Source of the DNA: Eledone cirrhosa
Taxonomy: Eukaryota
NCBI GenBank assembly: GCA_964016885.1
Contig: OZ024742.1
Coordinates: 373,612,001-373,676,000, forward strand
Length of the DNA: 64,000 bases
Direction: 5' to 3'
Below are positions 1 through 15,700 of the stretch, piece by piece; position 1 is the first letter of the stretch, and every line of letters starts with the position of its first letter. Under the pieces are notes generated by a model. The model was not told the DNA's origin, made no database searches, and saw only the letters and a program-made list of their open reading frames with translations. The translations under genes were made by a program, and so were the position numbers.

Positions 1-3000
1 TAACCAGTATATAGAGATGGTATAGTGATTCTAATAACCAGTATATAGAGATGGTATAGTGATTCTAATAACCAGTATGTAGAGATGGTATAGTGATTCT
101 AATAACCAGTATATAGGGATGGTACAGTGATTCTAATAACAGTATATAGGGATGGTACAGTGATTCTAATAACCAGTATATAGAGATGGTACAGTGATTC
201 TAATAACCAGTATATAGAGATGGTATAGTGATTCTAATAACCAGTATATAGAGATGGTATAGTGATTCTAATAACCAGTATATAGGGATGGTACAGTGAT
301 TCTAATAACCAGTATATAGAGATGGTACAGTGATTCTAATAACCAGTATATAGAGATGGTACAGTGATTCTAATAACCAGTATATGAGATGGTATAGTGA
401 TTCTAATAACCAGTATATAGAGATGGTATAGTGATTCTAATAACCAGTATATAAAGATGGTATAGTGATTCTAATAACCAGTATATAGAGATGGTATAGT
501 GACTCTAATAACCAGTATATAGAGATGGTACAGTGATTCTAATAACCAGTATATAGAGAAGGTATAGTGATTCTAATAACCAGTATATAGAGATGGTATA
601 GTGATTCTAATAACCAGTATGTAGAGATGGTATAGTGATTCTAATAACCAGTATATAGAGATGGTACAGTGATTCTAATAACCACTATATAGAGATGGTA
701 TAGTGATTCTAATAACCAGTATATAGGGATGGTATAGTGATTCTAAAAACCATTATATAGAGATGGTATAGTGATTCTAATAACCAGTATATAGAGATGG
801 TATAGTGATTCTAATAACCAGTATATAAAGATGGTACAGTGATTCTAATAACCATTATATAGAGATGGTACAGTGATTCTAATAACCAGTATATAAAGAT
901 GGTACATTGATTCTAATAACCAGTATATAGGGATGGTATAGTGATTCGAATAACCAGTATATAAAGATGGTATAGTGATTCTAATAACCAGTATATAGAG
1001 ATGATATAGTGATTCTAAAAACCAGTATATAGAGAGATGGTATAGTGATTCTAATAACCAGTATATAGAGATTGTATAGTGATTCTAATAACCACTATAT
1101 AGAGATGGTATAGTGATTCTAATAACCAGTATATAGAGGTGGTATAGTGATTCTAATAACCAGTATATAGAGATGGTATAGTGATTCTAATAACCAGTAT
1201 AAAGAGATGGTGTAGTGATTCTAATAACCAGTATATAGAGATGGTATGGTGATTCTAATAACCAGTATATAAAGATGGTACAGTGATTCTAATAACCAGT
1301 ATATAGAGATGATATAGTGATTCTAATAACCAGTATATAGAGAGATGGTATAGTGATTCTAATAACCAGTATATAGAGATTGTATAGTGATTCTAATAAC
1401 CACTATATAGAGATGGTATAGTGATTCTAATAACCAGTATATAGAGGTGGTATAGTGATTCTAATAACCAGTATATAGAGATGGTATAGTGATTCTAATA
1501 ACCAGTATATAGAGATGGTATAGTGATTCTAATAACCAGTATATAGAGATGCTATAGTGATTCTAATAACCAGTATATAGAGATGGTATAGTGATTCTAA
1601 TAACCAGTATATAGAGAAGGTACAGTGATTCTAATAACCAGTATATAGAGTTGGTACAGTGATTCTAATAACCAGTATATAGAGATGGTACAGTGATTCT
1701 AATAACAGTATATAGAGATGGTACAGTGATTCTAATAACAGTATATAGAGATGGTATAGTGATTCTAATAACCAGTATATAAAGATGGTATAGTGATTCT
1801 AATAACCAGTATATAAAGATGGTATATTGACTCTAATAACCAGTATATAGAGATGGTACAGTGATTCTAATAACAGTATATAGAGATGGTACAGTGATTC
1901 TAATAACCAGTATATGAGATGGTACAGTGATTCTAATAACCAGTATATAAAGATGGTACAGTGATTCTAATAACCAGTATAGAGAGATGGTATAGTGATT
2001 CTAATAACCAGTATATAAAGATGGTATAGTGATTCTAATAACCAGTATATAAAGATGGTACAGTGATTCTAATAACCAGTATATAAAGATGGTATAGTGA
2101 TTCTAATAACCAGTATATAAAGATGGTACAGTGATTCTAATAACCAGTATAGAGAGATGGTATAGTGATTCTAATAACCAGTATATAGAGATGGTATAGT
2201 GATTCTAATAACCAGTATATAGAGAAGGTATAGTGATTCTAATAACCACTATATAGAGATGGTATAGTGATTCTAATAACCAGTATATAGAGATGGTACA
2301 GTGATTCTAATAACCAGTATATAGAGATGGTATAGTGATTCTAATAACCAGTATTTAGAGATGGTATAGTGATTCTAATAACCAGTATATAGGGATGGTA
2401 CAGTGATTCTAATAACAGTATATAGAGATGGTATAGTGATTCTAATAACCAGTATATAGGGATGATATAGTGATTCTAATAACCAGTATTTAGAGATGGT
2501 ATAGTGATTCTAATAACCAGTATATAGGGATGGTACAGTGATTCTAATAACAGTATATAGAGATGGTATAGTGATTCTAATAACCAGTATATAGAGATGG
2601 TATAGTGATTCTAATAACCAGTATGTAGAGATGGTATAGTGATTCTAATAACCAGTATATAGAGATGGTATAGTGATTCTAATAACAGTATATAGAGATG
2701 GTATAGTGATTCTAATAACCAGTATATAGAGATGGTATAGTGATTCTAATAACCAGTATATAGAGATGGTATAGTGATTCTAATAACCAGTATATAGGGA
2801 TGGTATAGTGATTCTAATAACCAGTATATAGAGATGGTATAGTGATTCTAATAACCAGTATATGGAGATGGTATAGTGATTCTAATAACCAGTATATTGG
2901 GATGGTACAGTGATTCTAATAACCAGTATATAGAGATGGTATAGTGATTCTAATAACCAGTATGTATAGATGGTATAGTGATTCTAATAACCAGTATATA

Positions 3001-5809
3001 GAGATGGTATAGGGATTCTAATAACCAGTATATAGAGATCGTATAGTGATTCTAATAACCAGTATATAAAGATGGTACAGTGATTCTAATAACCATTATA
3101 TAGAGATGGTACAGTGATTCTAATAACCAGTATATAAAGATGGTACATTGATTCTAATAACCAGTATAGAGAGATGGTTTAGTGATTCTAATAACCAGTA
3201 TATAGGGATGGTATAGTGATTCTAATAACCAGTATATGAAGATGGTACAGTGATTCTAATAACCAGTATATAAAGATGGTACAGTGATTCTAATAACCAG
3301 TATATAGAGATGATATAGTGATTCTAATAACCAGTATATAGAGATGGTATAGTGATTCTAATAACCAGTATATAGAGATGGTATAGTGACTCTAATAACC
3401 AGTATAGAGAGATGGTATAGTGATTCTAATAACCAGTATATAGAGATGGTATAGTGATTCTAATAACCAGTATATAGAGATGGTATAGTGATTCTAATAA
3501 CCAGTATATAGAGATGGTATAGTGATTCTAATAACCAGTATATAGAGATGGTATAGTGATTCTAATAACCAGTATATAGAGATGGTATAGTGATTCTAAT
3601 AACCAGTATATAGAGATGGTATAGTGATTCTAATAACCAGTATATAGAGATGGTATAGTGATTCTAATAACCAGTATATAGGGATGGTATAGTGATTCTA
3701 ATAACCAGTATATAGAGATGGTATAGTGATTCTAATAACCAGTATATAGAGATGGTACAGTGATTCTAATAACCAGTATATGAGATGGTATAGTGATTCT
3801 AATAACCAGTATATTGGGATGGTACAGTGATTCTAATAACCAGTATAGAGAGATGGTATAGTGATTCTAATAACCAGTATATAGGGATGGTATAGTGATT
3901 CTAATAACCAGTATATAAAGATGGTATGGTGATTCTAATAACCAGTATGTAGAGATGGTATAGTGATTCTAATAACCAGTATATAGAGATGGTATAGTGA
4001 TTCTAATAAGCAGTATATAGAGATGGTATAGTGATTCTAATAACCAGTATAGAGAGATGGTATAGTGATTCTAATAACCAGTATATAGGGATGGTATAGT
4101 GATTCTAATAACCAGTATATAGAGATGGTATAGTGATTCTAATAACCAGTATATGGAGATGGTATAGTGATTCTAATAACCAGTATATTGGGATGGTACA
4201 GTGATTCTAATAACCAGTATATAGAGATGGTATAGGGATTCTAATAACCAGTATGTAGAGATGGTATAGTGATTCTAATAACCAGTATATGGAGATGGTA
4301 TAGTGATTCTAATAACCAGTATATTGGGATGGTACAGTGATTCTAATAACCAGTATAGAGAGATGGTATAGTGATTCTAATAACCAGTATATAGGGATGG
4401 TATAGTGATTCTAATAACCAGTATATAAAGATGGTATGGTGATTCTAATAACCAGTATATAGAGATGGTATAGTGATTCTAATAACCAGTATAAAGAGAA
4501 GGTATAGTGATTCTAATAACCAGTATATACAGATGGTACAGTGATTCTAATAACCAGTATATAGAGATGGTATAGTGATTCTAATAACCAGTATATAGAG
4601 ATGGTATAGTGATTCTAATAACCAGTATATAGAGATGGTATAGTGATTCAAATAACCAGTATATAAAGATGGTACAGTGATTCTAATAACCAGTATATAG
4701 AGATGGTATAGTGATTCTAATGACCAGTATATAGAGATGGTATAGTGATTCTAATAACCAGTATATAGAGATGGTATAGTGATTCTAATAACCAGTACAT
4801 AGAGATGGTACAGTAATTATAATAACCAGTATATAGAGATCGTATAGTGATTCTAATAACCAGTATATAGAGATGGTACAGTGATTCTAATAACCAGTAT
4901 ATAGAGATGGTATAGTGATTCTAATAACCAGTATATAGAGATGGTATAGTGATTCTAATAACCAGTATATAGAGAAGGTATAGTGATTCTAATAACCAGT
5001 ATATAGAGATGCTATAGTGATTCTAATAACCAGTATATAGAGTTGGTACAGTGATTCTAATAACCAGTATATAGAGATGGTACAGTGATTCTAATAACCA
5101 GTATATAGAGATGGTATAGTGATTCTAATAACCAGTATAGAGAGAAGGTATAGTGATTCTAATAACCAGTATATAGAGATGGTATAGTGATTCTAATAAC
5201 CAGTATATAGAGATGGTACAGTGATTCTAATAACAGTATATAGAGATGGTACAGTGATTCTAATAACCAGTATATGAGATGGTATAGTTAGTCTAATAAC
5301 CAGTATATAAAGATGGTACAGTGATTCTAATAACCAGTATATAAAGATGGTATAGTGATTCTAATAACCACTATATAGAGATGGTATAGTGACTCTAATA
5401 ATGAGTATATAAAGATGGTACAGTGATTCTAATAACCAGTATATAGAGAAGGTATAGTGATTCTAATAACCAGTATATAGGGATGGTATAGTGATTCTAA
5501 TAACCAGTATCTAGAGATGGTATAGTGATTCTAATAACAGTATATAGAGATGGTATAGTGATTCTAATAACCAGTATATAGAGATGGTATAGTGATTCTA
5601 ATAACCAGTATGTAGAGATGGTATAGTGATTCTAATAACCAGTATATAGGGATGGTATAGTGATTCTAATAACCAGTATATAGAGATGGTATAGTGATTC
5701 TAATAACCAGTATATGGAGATGGTATAGTGATTCTAATAACCAGTATATTGGGATGGTACAGTGATTCTAATAACCACTATATAGAGATGGTATAGTGAT
5801 TCTAATAAC

Positions 5810-8800
5810 CAGTATATTGGGATGGTATAGTGATTCTAATAACCAGTATAGAGAGATGGTATAGTGACTCTAATAACCAGTATATAGGGATGGTATAGTG
5901 ATTCTAATAACCAGTATATAAAGATGGTATAGTGATTCTAATAACCAGTATATAGAGATGGTATAGTGATTCTAATAACCAGTATATAAAGATGGTACGG
6001 TGATTCTAATAACCATTATATAGAGATGGTATAGTGATTCTAATGACCAGTATATAGAGATGGTATAGTGATTCTAATAACCAGTATATAAAGATGGTAC
6101 TGTAATTCTAATAACCAGTATATAGAGATCGTATAGTGATTCTAATAACCAGTATATAAAGATGGTACTGTAATTCTAATAACCAGTATATAGAGATGGT
6201 ATAGTGATTCTAATAACCAGTATATAAAGATGGTACTGTAATTCTAATAACCATTATATAGAGATGGTATAGTGATTCTAATAACCAGTATATAACGATG
6301 GTACAGTGATTCTAATAACCAGTATATAGAGATGGTATAGTGATTCTAATGACCAGTATATAGAGATGGTATAGTGATTCTAATAACCAGTATATAAAGA
6401 TGGTACTGTAATTCTAATAACCAGTATATAGAGATCGTATAGTGATTCTAATAACCAGTATATAAAGATGGTACAGTGATTCTAATAACCATTATATAGA
6501 GATGGTACAGTGATTCTAATAACCAGTATATAAAGATGGTACAGTGATTCTAATAACCAGTATAGAGAGATGGTTTAGTGATTCTAATAACCAGTATATA
6601 GGGATGGTATAGTGATTCTAATAACCAGTATATAAAGATGGTACAGTGATTCTAATAACCAGTATATAAAGATGGTACATAGATTCTAATAACCAGTATA
6701 TAGAGATGATATAGTGATTCTAATAACCAGTATATAGAGATGGTATAGTGATTCTAATAACCAGTATATACAGAGATGGTATAGTGATTCTAATAACCAG
6801 TATATAGAGATTGTATAGTGATTCTAATAACCACTATATAGAGATGGTATAGTGATTCTAATAACCAGTATATAGAGATGGTATAGTGATTCTAATAACC
6901 AGTATAGAGAGATGGTATAGTGACTCTAATAACCAGTATATAGAGATGGTATAGTGATTCTAATAACCAGTATATAGAGATGGTATAGTGATTCTAATAA
7001 CCAGTATATAGAGATGGTATAGTGATTCTAATAACCAGTATATAGAGGTGGTATAGTGATTCTAATAACCAGTATATAGAGATGGTATAGTGATTCTAAT
7101 AACCAGTATATAGAGGTGGTATAGTGATTCTAATAACCAGTATATAGAGATGGTATAGTGATTCTAATAACCAGTATATAGAGATGGTATAGTGATTCTA
7201 ATAACCAGTATATAGAGATGGTATAGTTATTCTAATAACCAGTATATAAAGATGGTACAGTAATTATAATAACCAGTATATAGAGATCGTATAGTGATTC
7301 TAATAACCAGTATATAGAGATGGTACAGTGATTCTAATAACCAGTATATAGAGATGGTATAGTGATTCTAATAACCAGTATATAGAGATGGTATAGTGAT
7401 TCTAATAACCAGTATATTGGGATGGTATAGTGATTCTAATAACCATTATATAGAGATGGTATAATGATTCTAATAACCAGTATAGAGAGATGGTATAGTG
7501 ACTCTAATAACCAGTATATAGGGATGGTATAGTGATTCTAATAACCAGTATATAAAGATGGTATAGTGATTCTAATCACCAGTATATAGAGATGGTATAG
7601 TGATTCTAATAACCAGTATATAAAGATGGTACGGTGATTCTAATAACCAGTATATAGAGATGGTATAGTGATTCTAATGACCAGTATATAAAGATGGTAC
7701 AGTGATTCTAATAACCAGTATATAGAGATGGTATAGTGATTCTAATGACCAGTATATAGAGATGGTATAGTGATTCTAATAACCAGTATATAAAGATGGT
7801 ACTGTAATTCTAATAACCAGTATATAGAGATGGTACAGTGATTCTAATAACCAGTATATAGAGATGGTATAGTGATTCTAATAACCAGTATATAGAGATG
7901 GTATAGTGATTCTAATAACCAGTATATTGGGATGGTATAGTGATTCTAATAACCATTATATAGAGATGGTATAATGATTCTAATTACCAGTATAGAGAGA
8001 TGGTATAGTGATTCTAATGACCAGTATATAAAGATGGTACAGTGATTCTAATAACCAGTATATAGAGATGGTATAGTGATTCTAATAACCAGTATATAGA
8101 GATCGTATAGTGATTCTAATAACCAGTATATAAAGATGGTACAGTGATTCTAATAACCATTATATAGAGATGGTACAGTGATTCTAATAACCAGTATATA
8201 AAGATGGTACAGTGATTCTAATAACCAGTATAGAGAGATGGTTTAGTGATTCTAATAACCAGTATATAGGGATGGTATAGTGATTCTAATAACCAGTATA
8301 TAAAGATAGTACAGTGATTCTAATAACCAGTATATAAAGATGGTACATAGATTCTAATAACCAGTATATAGAGATGATATAGTGATTCTAATAACCAGTA
8401 TATAGAGATGGTATAGTGATTCTAATAACCAGTATATACAGAGATGGTATAGTGATTCTAATAACCAGTACATAGAGATTGTATAGTGATTCTAATAACC
8501 ACTATATAGAGATGGTATAGTGATTCTAATAACCAGTATATAGAGGTGGTATAGTGATTCTAATAACCAGTATATAGAGATGGTATAGTGATTCTAATAA
8601 CCAGTATAGAGAGATGGTATAGTGACTCTAATAACCAGTATATAGAGATGGTATAGTGATTCTAATAACCAGTATATAGAGATGGTATAGTGATTCTAAT
8701 AACCAGTATATAAAGATGGTACAGTGATTCTATAACCAGTATATAGAGATGGTATAGTGATTCTAATAACCAGTATATAAAGATGGTACAGTGATTCTAA

Positions 8801-9040
8801 TAACCAGTATATAGAGATGGTATAGTGATTCTAATGACCAGTATATAGAGATGGTATAGTGATTCTAATGACCAGTATATAGAGATGGTATAGTGATTCT
8901 AATAACCAGTATATAAAGATGGTACAGTAATTATAATAACCAGTATATAGAGATCGTATAGTGATTCTAATAACCAGTATATAGAGATGGTACAGTGATT
9001 CTAATAACCAGTATATAGAGATGGTATAGTGATTCTAATA
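5810..9040. repeat. About 1.67-kb (about 49-monomer) tandem duplication
   Basis: GGTACATAGATT at about 6678/8346 (offset 1668), GGTACGGT at 5998/7632 (1634), CAGTAATTATAAT at 7261/8928 (1667). Confidence 0.8.
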
Positions 9041-9720
9041 ACCAGTATATAGAGATGGTACAGTGATTCTAATAACCAGTATATAGAGATGGTATAGTGA
9101 TTCTAATAACCAGTATATAGAGATGGTACAGTGATTCTAATAACCAGTATATAGAGATGGTATAGGGATTCTAAAAACCAGTATATAGAGATGGTATAGT
9201 GATTCTAATAACCAGTATATAGGGATGGTAGAGGGATTCTAATAACCAGTATATAGAGATGGTATAGTGATTCTAATAACCAGTATATAGAGATGGTATA
9301 GTGATTCTAATAACCAGTATTTAGAGATCGTATAGTGATTCTAATAACCAGTATATATAGTTGGTACAGTGATTCTAATAACCAGTATATAGAGATGGTA
9401 CAGTGATTCTAATAACCAGTATATAGAGATGGTAGAGGGATTCTAATAACCAGTATAGAGAGATGGTATAGTGATTCTAATAACCAGTATATAGGGATTG
9501 TATAGTGATTCTAATAACCAGTATATAGAGAAGGTATAGTGACTCTAATAACCAGTATATAGAGATGGTATAGTGATTCTAATAACCAGTATATAGAGTT
9601 GGTACAGTGATTCTAATAACCAGTATATTGAGATGGTACAGTGATTCTAATAACAGAATGTAGAGATGGTATAGTGATTCTAATAACCAGTATAGAGAGA
9701 TGGTATAGTGATTCTAATAA

Positions 9721-12700
9721 CCAGTATATAGGGATGGTACAGTGATTCTAATAACCAGTATATAAAGATGGTACTGTAATTCTAATAACCAGTATATAGA
9801 GATCGTATAGTGATTCTAATAACCAGTATATAGAGATGGTATTGTGATTCTAATAACCAGTATATAGAGATGGTATAGTGATTCTAATAACCAGTATATA
9901 GAGATGGTATAGTGATTCTAATAACCAGTATATAGAGATGGTACAGTGATTCTAATAACCAGTATATAGAGATGGTATAGTGATTCTAATAACCAGTATA
10001 GAGAGATGGTATAGTGATTCTAATAACCAGTATATAGAGATGGTATAGTGATTCTAATAACCAGTATATAGAGATGGTACAGTGATTCTAATAACCAGTA
10101 TATAGAGATGGTATAGTGATTCTAATAACCAGTATAGAGAGATGGTATAGTGATTCTAATAACCAGTATAGAGAGATGGTATAGTGATTCTAATAACCAG
10201 TATATAGAGAAGGTACAGTGATTCTAATAACCACTATATAGAGATGGTACAGTGATTCTAATAACCAGTATATAGAGATGGTATAGTGATTCTAATAACA
10301 GTATATAGAGATGGTATAGTGATTCTAATAACCAGTATATAGAGATGGTATAGTGATTCTAATAACCAGTATGTAGAGATGGTATAGTGATTCTAATAAC
10401 CAGTATATAGGGATGGTACAGTGATTCTAATAACAGTATATAGGGATGGTACAGTGATTCTAATAACCAGTATATAGAGATGGTACAGTGATTCTAATAA
10501 CCAGTATATAGAGATGGTATAGTGATTCTAATAACCAGTATATAGAGATGGTATAGTGATTCTAATAACCAGTATATAGGGATGGTACAGTGATTCTAAT
10601 AACAGTATATAGAGATGGTATAGTGATTCTAATAACCAGTATATAGAGATGGTATAGTGATTCTAATAACCAGTATGTAGAGATGGTATAGTGATTCTAA
10701 TAACCAGTATATTGGGATGGTACAGTGATTCTAATAACCACTATATAGAGATGGTATAGTGATTCTAATAACCAGTATATAGGGATGGTATAGTGATTCT
10801 AAAAACCATTATATAGAGATGGTATAGTGATTCTAATAACCAGTATATAGAGATGGTATAGTGATTCTAATAACCAGTATATAAAGATGGTACAGTGATT
10901 CTAATAACCATTATATAGAGATGGTACAGTGATTCTAATAACCAGTATATAAAGATGGTACATTGATTCTAATAACCAGTATATAGGGATGGTATAGTGA
11001 TTCTAATAACCAGTATATAAAGATGGTATAGTTATTCTAATAACCAGTATATAGAGATGATATAGTGATTCTAATAACCAGTATATAGAGAGATGGTATA
11101 GTGATTCTAATAACCAGTATATAGAGATTGTATAGTGATTCTAATAACCACTATATAGAGATGGTATAGTGATTCTAATAACCAGTATATAGAGGTGGTA
11201 TAGTGATTCTAATAACCAGTATATAGAGATGGTATAGTGATTCTAATAACCAGTATAAAGAGATGGTGTAGTGATTCTAATAACCAGTATATAGAGATTG
11301 TATAGTGATTCTAATAACTAGTATATAGAGATGGTATAGTGATTCTAATAACCAGTATATAGAGATTGTATAGTGATTCTAATAACCAGTATATAGAGAT
11401 GGTATAGTGATTCTAATAACCAGTATATAGAGATGCTATAGTGATTCTAATAACCAGTATATAGAGATGGTATAGTGATTCTAATAACCAGTATATAGAG
11501 AAGGTACAGTGATTCTAATAACCAGTATATAGAGTTGGTACAGTGATTCTAATAACCAGTATATAGAGATGGTACAGTGATTCTAATAACAGTATATAGA
11601 GATGGTATAGTGATTCAAATAACCAGTATATGAGATGGTATAGTGATTCTAATAACCAGTATATAGAGATGGTACAGTGATTCTAATAACAGTATATAGA
11701 GATGGTATATTGACTCTAATAACCAGTATATTGAGATGGTATAGTGATTCTAATAACCAGTATATAAAGATGGTACAGTGATTCTAATAACCAGTATAGA
11801 GAGAAGGTATAGTGATTCTAATAACCAGTATATAAAGATGGTATAGTGATTCTAATAACCACTATATAGAGATGGTACAGTGATTCTAATAACCAGTATA
11901 TAAAGATGGTATAGTGATTCTAATAACCACTATATAGAGAAGGTATAGTGATTCTAATAACCAGTATATAAAGATGGTATAGTGATTCTAATAACCACTA
12001 TATAGAGATGGTACAGTGATTCTAATAACCAGTATATGAGATGATATAGTGATTCTAATAACCAGTATATAAAGATGGTACAGTGATTCTAATAACCAGT
12101 ATATAAAGATGGTATAGTGATTCTAATAACCAGTATATAAAGATGGTACAGTGATTCTAATAACCAGTATAGAGAGATGGTATAGTGATTCTAATAACCA
12201 GTATATAGAGATGGTATAGTGATTCTAATAACCAGTATATAGAGAAGGTATAGTGATTCTAATAACCACTATATAGAGATGGTATAGTGATTCTAATAAC
12301 CAGTATATAGAGATGGTATAGTGATTCTAATAACCAGTATATAGGGATGATATAGTGATTCTAATAACCAGTATTTAGAGATGGTATAGTGATTCTAATA
12401 ACCAGTATATAGGGATGGTACAGTGATTCTAATAACAGTATATAGAGATGGTATAGTGATTCTAATAACCAGTATATAGAGATGGTATAGTGATTCTAAT
12501 AACCAGTATGTAGAGATGGTATAGTGATTCTAATAACCAGTATATAGAGATGGTATAGTGATTCTAATAACAGTATATAGAGATGGTATAGTGATTCTAA
12601 TAACCAGTATATAGAGATGGTATAGTGATTCTAATAACCAGTATATAGAGATGGTATAGTGATTCTAATAACCAGTATATAGGGATGGTATAGTGATTCT

Positions 12701-15700
12701 AATAACCAGTATATAGAGATGGTATAGTGATTCTAATAACCAGTATATGGAGATGGTATAGTGATTCTAATAACCAGTATATTGGGATGGTACAGTGATT
12801 CTAATAACCAGTATATAGAGATGGTATAGTGATTCTAATAACCAGTATGTATAGATGGTATAGTGATTCTAGTAACCAGTATATAGAGATGGTATAGGGA
12901 TTCTAATAACCAGTATATAGAGATCGTATAGTGATTCTAATAACCAGTATATAAAGATGGTACAGTGATTCTAATAACCATTATATAGAGATGGTACAGT
13001 GATTCTAATAACCAGTATATAAAGATGGTACATTGATTCTAATAACCAGTATAGAGAGATGGTTTAGTGATTCTAATAACCAGTATATAGGGATGGTATA
13101 GTGATTCTAATAACCAGTATATGAAGATGGTACAGTGATTCAAATAACCAGTATATAAAGATGGTACAGTGATTCTAATAACCAGTATATAGAGATGATA
13201 TAGTGATTCTAATAACCAGTATATAGAGATGGTATAGAGATTCTAATAACCAGTATATAGAGATGGTATAGTGACTCTAATAACCAGTATAGAGAGATGG
13301 TATAGTGATTCTAATAAACAGTATATAGAGATGGTATAGTGATTCTAATAACCAGTATATAGAGATGGTATAGTGATTCTAATAACCAGTATATAGAGAT
13401 GGTATAGTGATTCTAATAACCAGTATATAGAGATGGTATAGTGATTCTAATAACCAGTATATAGAGATGGTATAGTGATTCTAATAACCAGTATATAGAG
13501 ATGGTATAGTGATTCTAATAACCAGTATATAGAGATGGTATAGTGATTCTAATAACCAGTATATAGGGATGGTATAGTGATTCTAATAACCAGTATATAG
13601 AGATGGTATAGTGATTCTAATAACCAGTATATAGAGATGGTACAGTGATTCTAATAACCAGTATATGAGATGGTATAGTGATTCTAATAACCAGTATATT
13701 GGGATGGTACAGTGATTCTAATAACCAGTATAGAGAGATGGTATAGTGATTCTAATAACCAGTATATAGGGATGGTATAGTGATTCTAATAACCAGTATA
13801 TAAAGATGGTATGGTGATTCTAATAACCAGTATGTAGAGATGGTATAGTGATTCTAATAACCAGTATATAGAGATGGTATAGTGATTCTAATAACCAGTA
13901 TATAGAGATGGTATAGTGATTCTAATAACCAGTATGTAGAGATGGTATAGTGATTCTAATAACCAGTATATAGGGATGGTATAGTGATTCTAATAACCAG
14001 TATATAGAGATGGTATAGTGATTCTAATAACCAGTATATGGAGATGGTATAGTGATTCTAATAACCAGTATATTGGGATGGTACAGTGATTCTAATAACC
14101 AGTATATAGAGATGGTATAGGGATTCTAATAACCAGTATGTAGAGATGGTATAGTGATTCTAATAACCAGTATATGGAGATGGTATAGTGATTCTAATAA
14201 CCAGTATATTGTGATGGTACAGTGATTCTAATAACCAGTATAGAGAGATGGTATAGTGATTCTAATAACCAGTATATAGGGATGGTATAGTGATTCTAAT
14301 AACCAGTATATAAAGATGGTATGGTGATTCTAATAACCAGTATATAGAGATGGTATAGTGATTCTAATAACCAGTATAAAGAGAAGGTATAGTGATTCTA
14401 ATAACCAGTATATAAAGATGGTACAGTGATTCTAATAACCAGTATATAGAGATGGTATAGTGATTCTAATAACCAGTATATAGAGATGGTATAGTGATTC
14501 TAATAACCAGTATATAGAGATGGTATAGTGATTCAAATAACCAGTATATAAAGATGGTACAGTGATTCTAATAACCAGTATACAGAGATGGTACAGTGAT
14601 TCTAATGACCAGAATATAGAGATGGTATAGTGATTCTAATAACCGGTATATAGAGATGGTATAGTGATTCTAATAACCAGTACATAGAGATGGTACAGTA
14701 ATTATAATAACCAGTATATAGAGATCGTATAGTGATTCTAATAACCAGTATATAGAGATGGTATAGTGATTCTAATAACCAGTATATAGAGATGGTATAG
14801 TGATTCTAATAACCAGTATATAGAGAAGGTATAGTGATTCTAATAACCAGTATATAGAGATGCTATAGTGATTCTAATAACCAGTATATAGAGTTGGTAC
14901 AGTGATTCTAATAACCAGTATATAGAGATGGTACAGTGATTCTAATAACCAGTATATAGAGATGGTATAGTGATTCTAATAACCAGTATAGAGAGAAGGT
15001 ATAGTGATTCTAAAAACCAGTATATAGAGATGGTACAGTGATTCTAATAACAGTCTATAGAGATGGTACAGTGATTCTAATAACCAGTATATGAGATGGT
15101 ATAGTGAGTCTAATAACCAGTATATAAAGATGGTACAGTGATTCTAATAACCAGTATATAGGGATGGTACAGTGATTCTAATAACCAGTATATAAAGATG
15201 GTACTGTAATTCTAATAACCAGTATATAGAGATCGTATAGTGATTCTAATAACCAGTATATAGAGATGGTATTGTGATTCTAATAACCAGTATATAGAGA
15301 TGGTATAGTGATTCTAATAACCAGTATATAGAGATGGTATAGTGATTCTAATAACCAGTATATAGAGATGGTACAGTGATTCTAATAACCAGTATATAGA
15401 GATGGTATAGTGATTCTAATAACCAGTATAGAGAGATGGTATAGTGATTCTAATAACCAGTATATAGAGATGGTATAGTGATTCTAATAACCAGTATATA
15501 GAGATGGTACAGTGATTCTAATAACCAGTATATAGAGATGGTATAGTGATTCTAATAACCAGTATAGAGAGATGGTATAGTGATTCTAATAACCAGTATA
15601 GAGAGATGGTATAGTGATTCTAATAACAGTATATAGAGATGGTATAGTGATTCTAATAACCAGTATATAGAGATGGTATAGTGATTCTAATAACCAGTAT

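Noticed and set aside
1-170. 5 x 34 = 170 bp nucleosome-sized, alpha-satellite-like pentamer
   Set aside because: No five-monomer periodicity is visible in the variants; the numerical match alone is not evidence.
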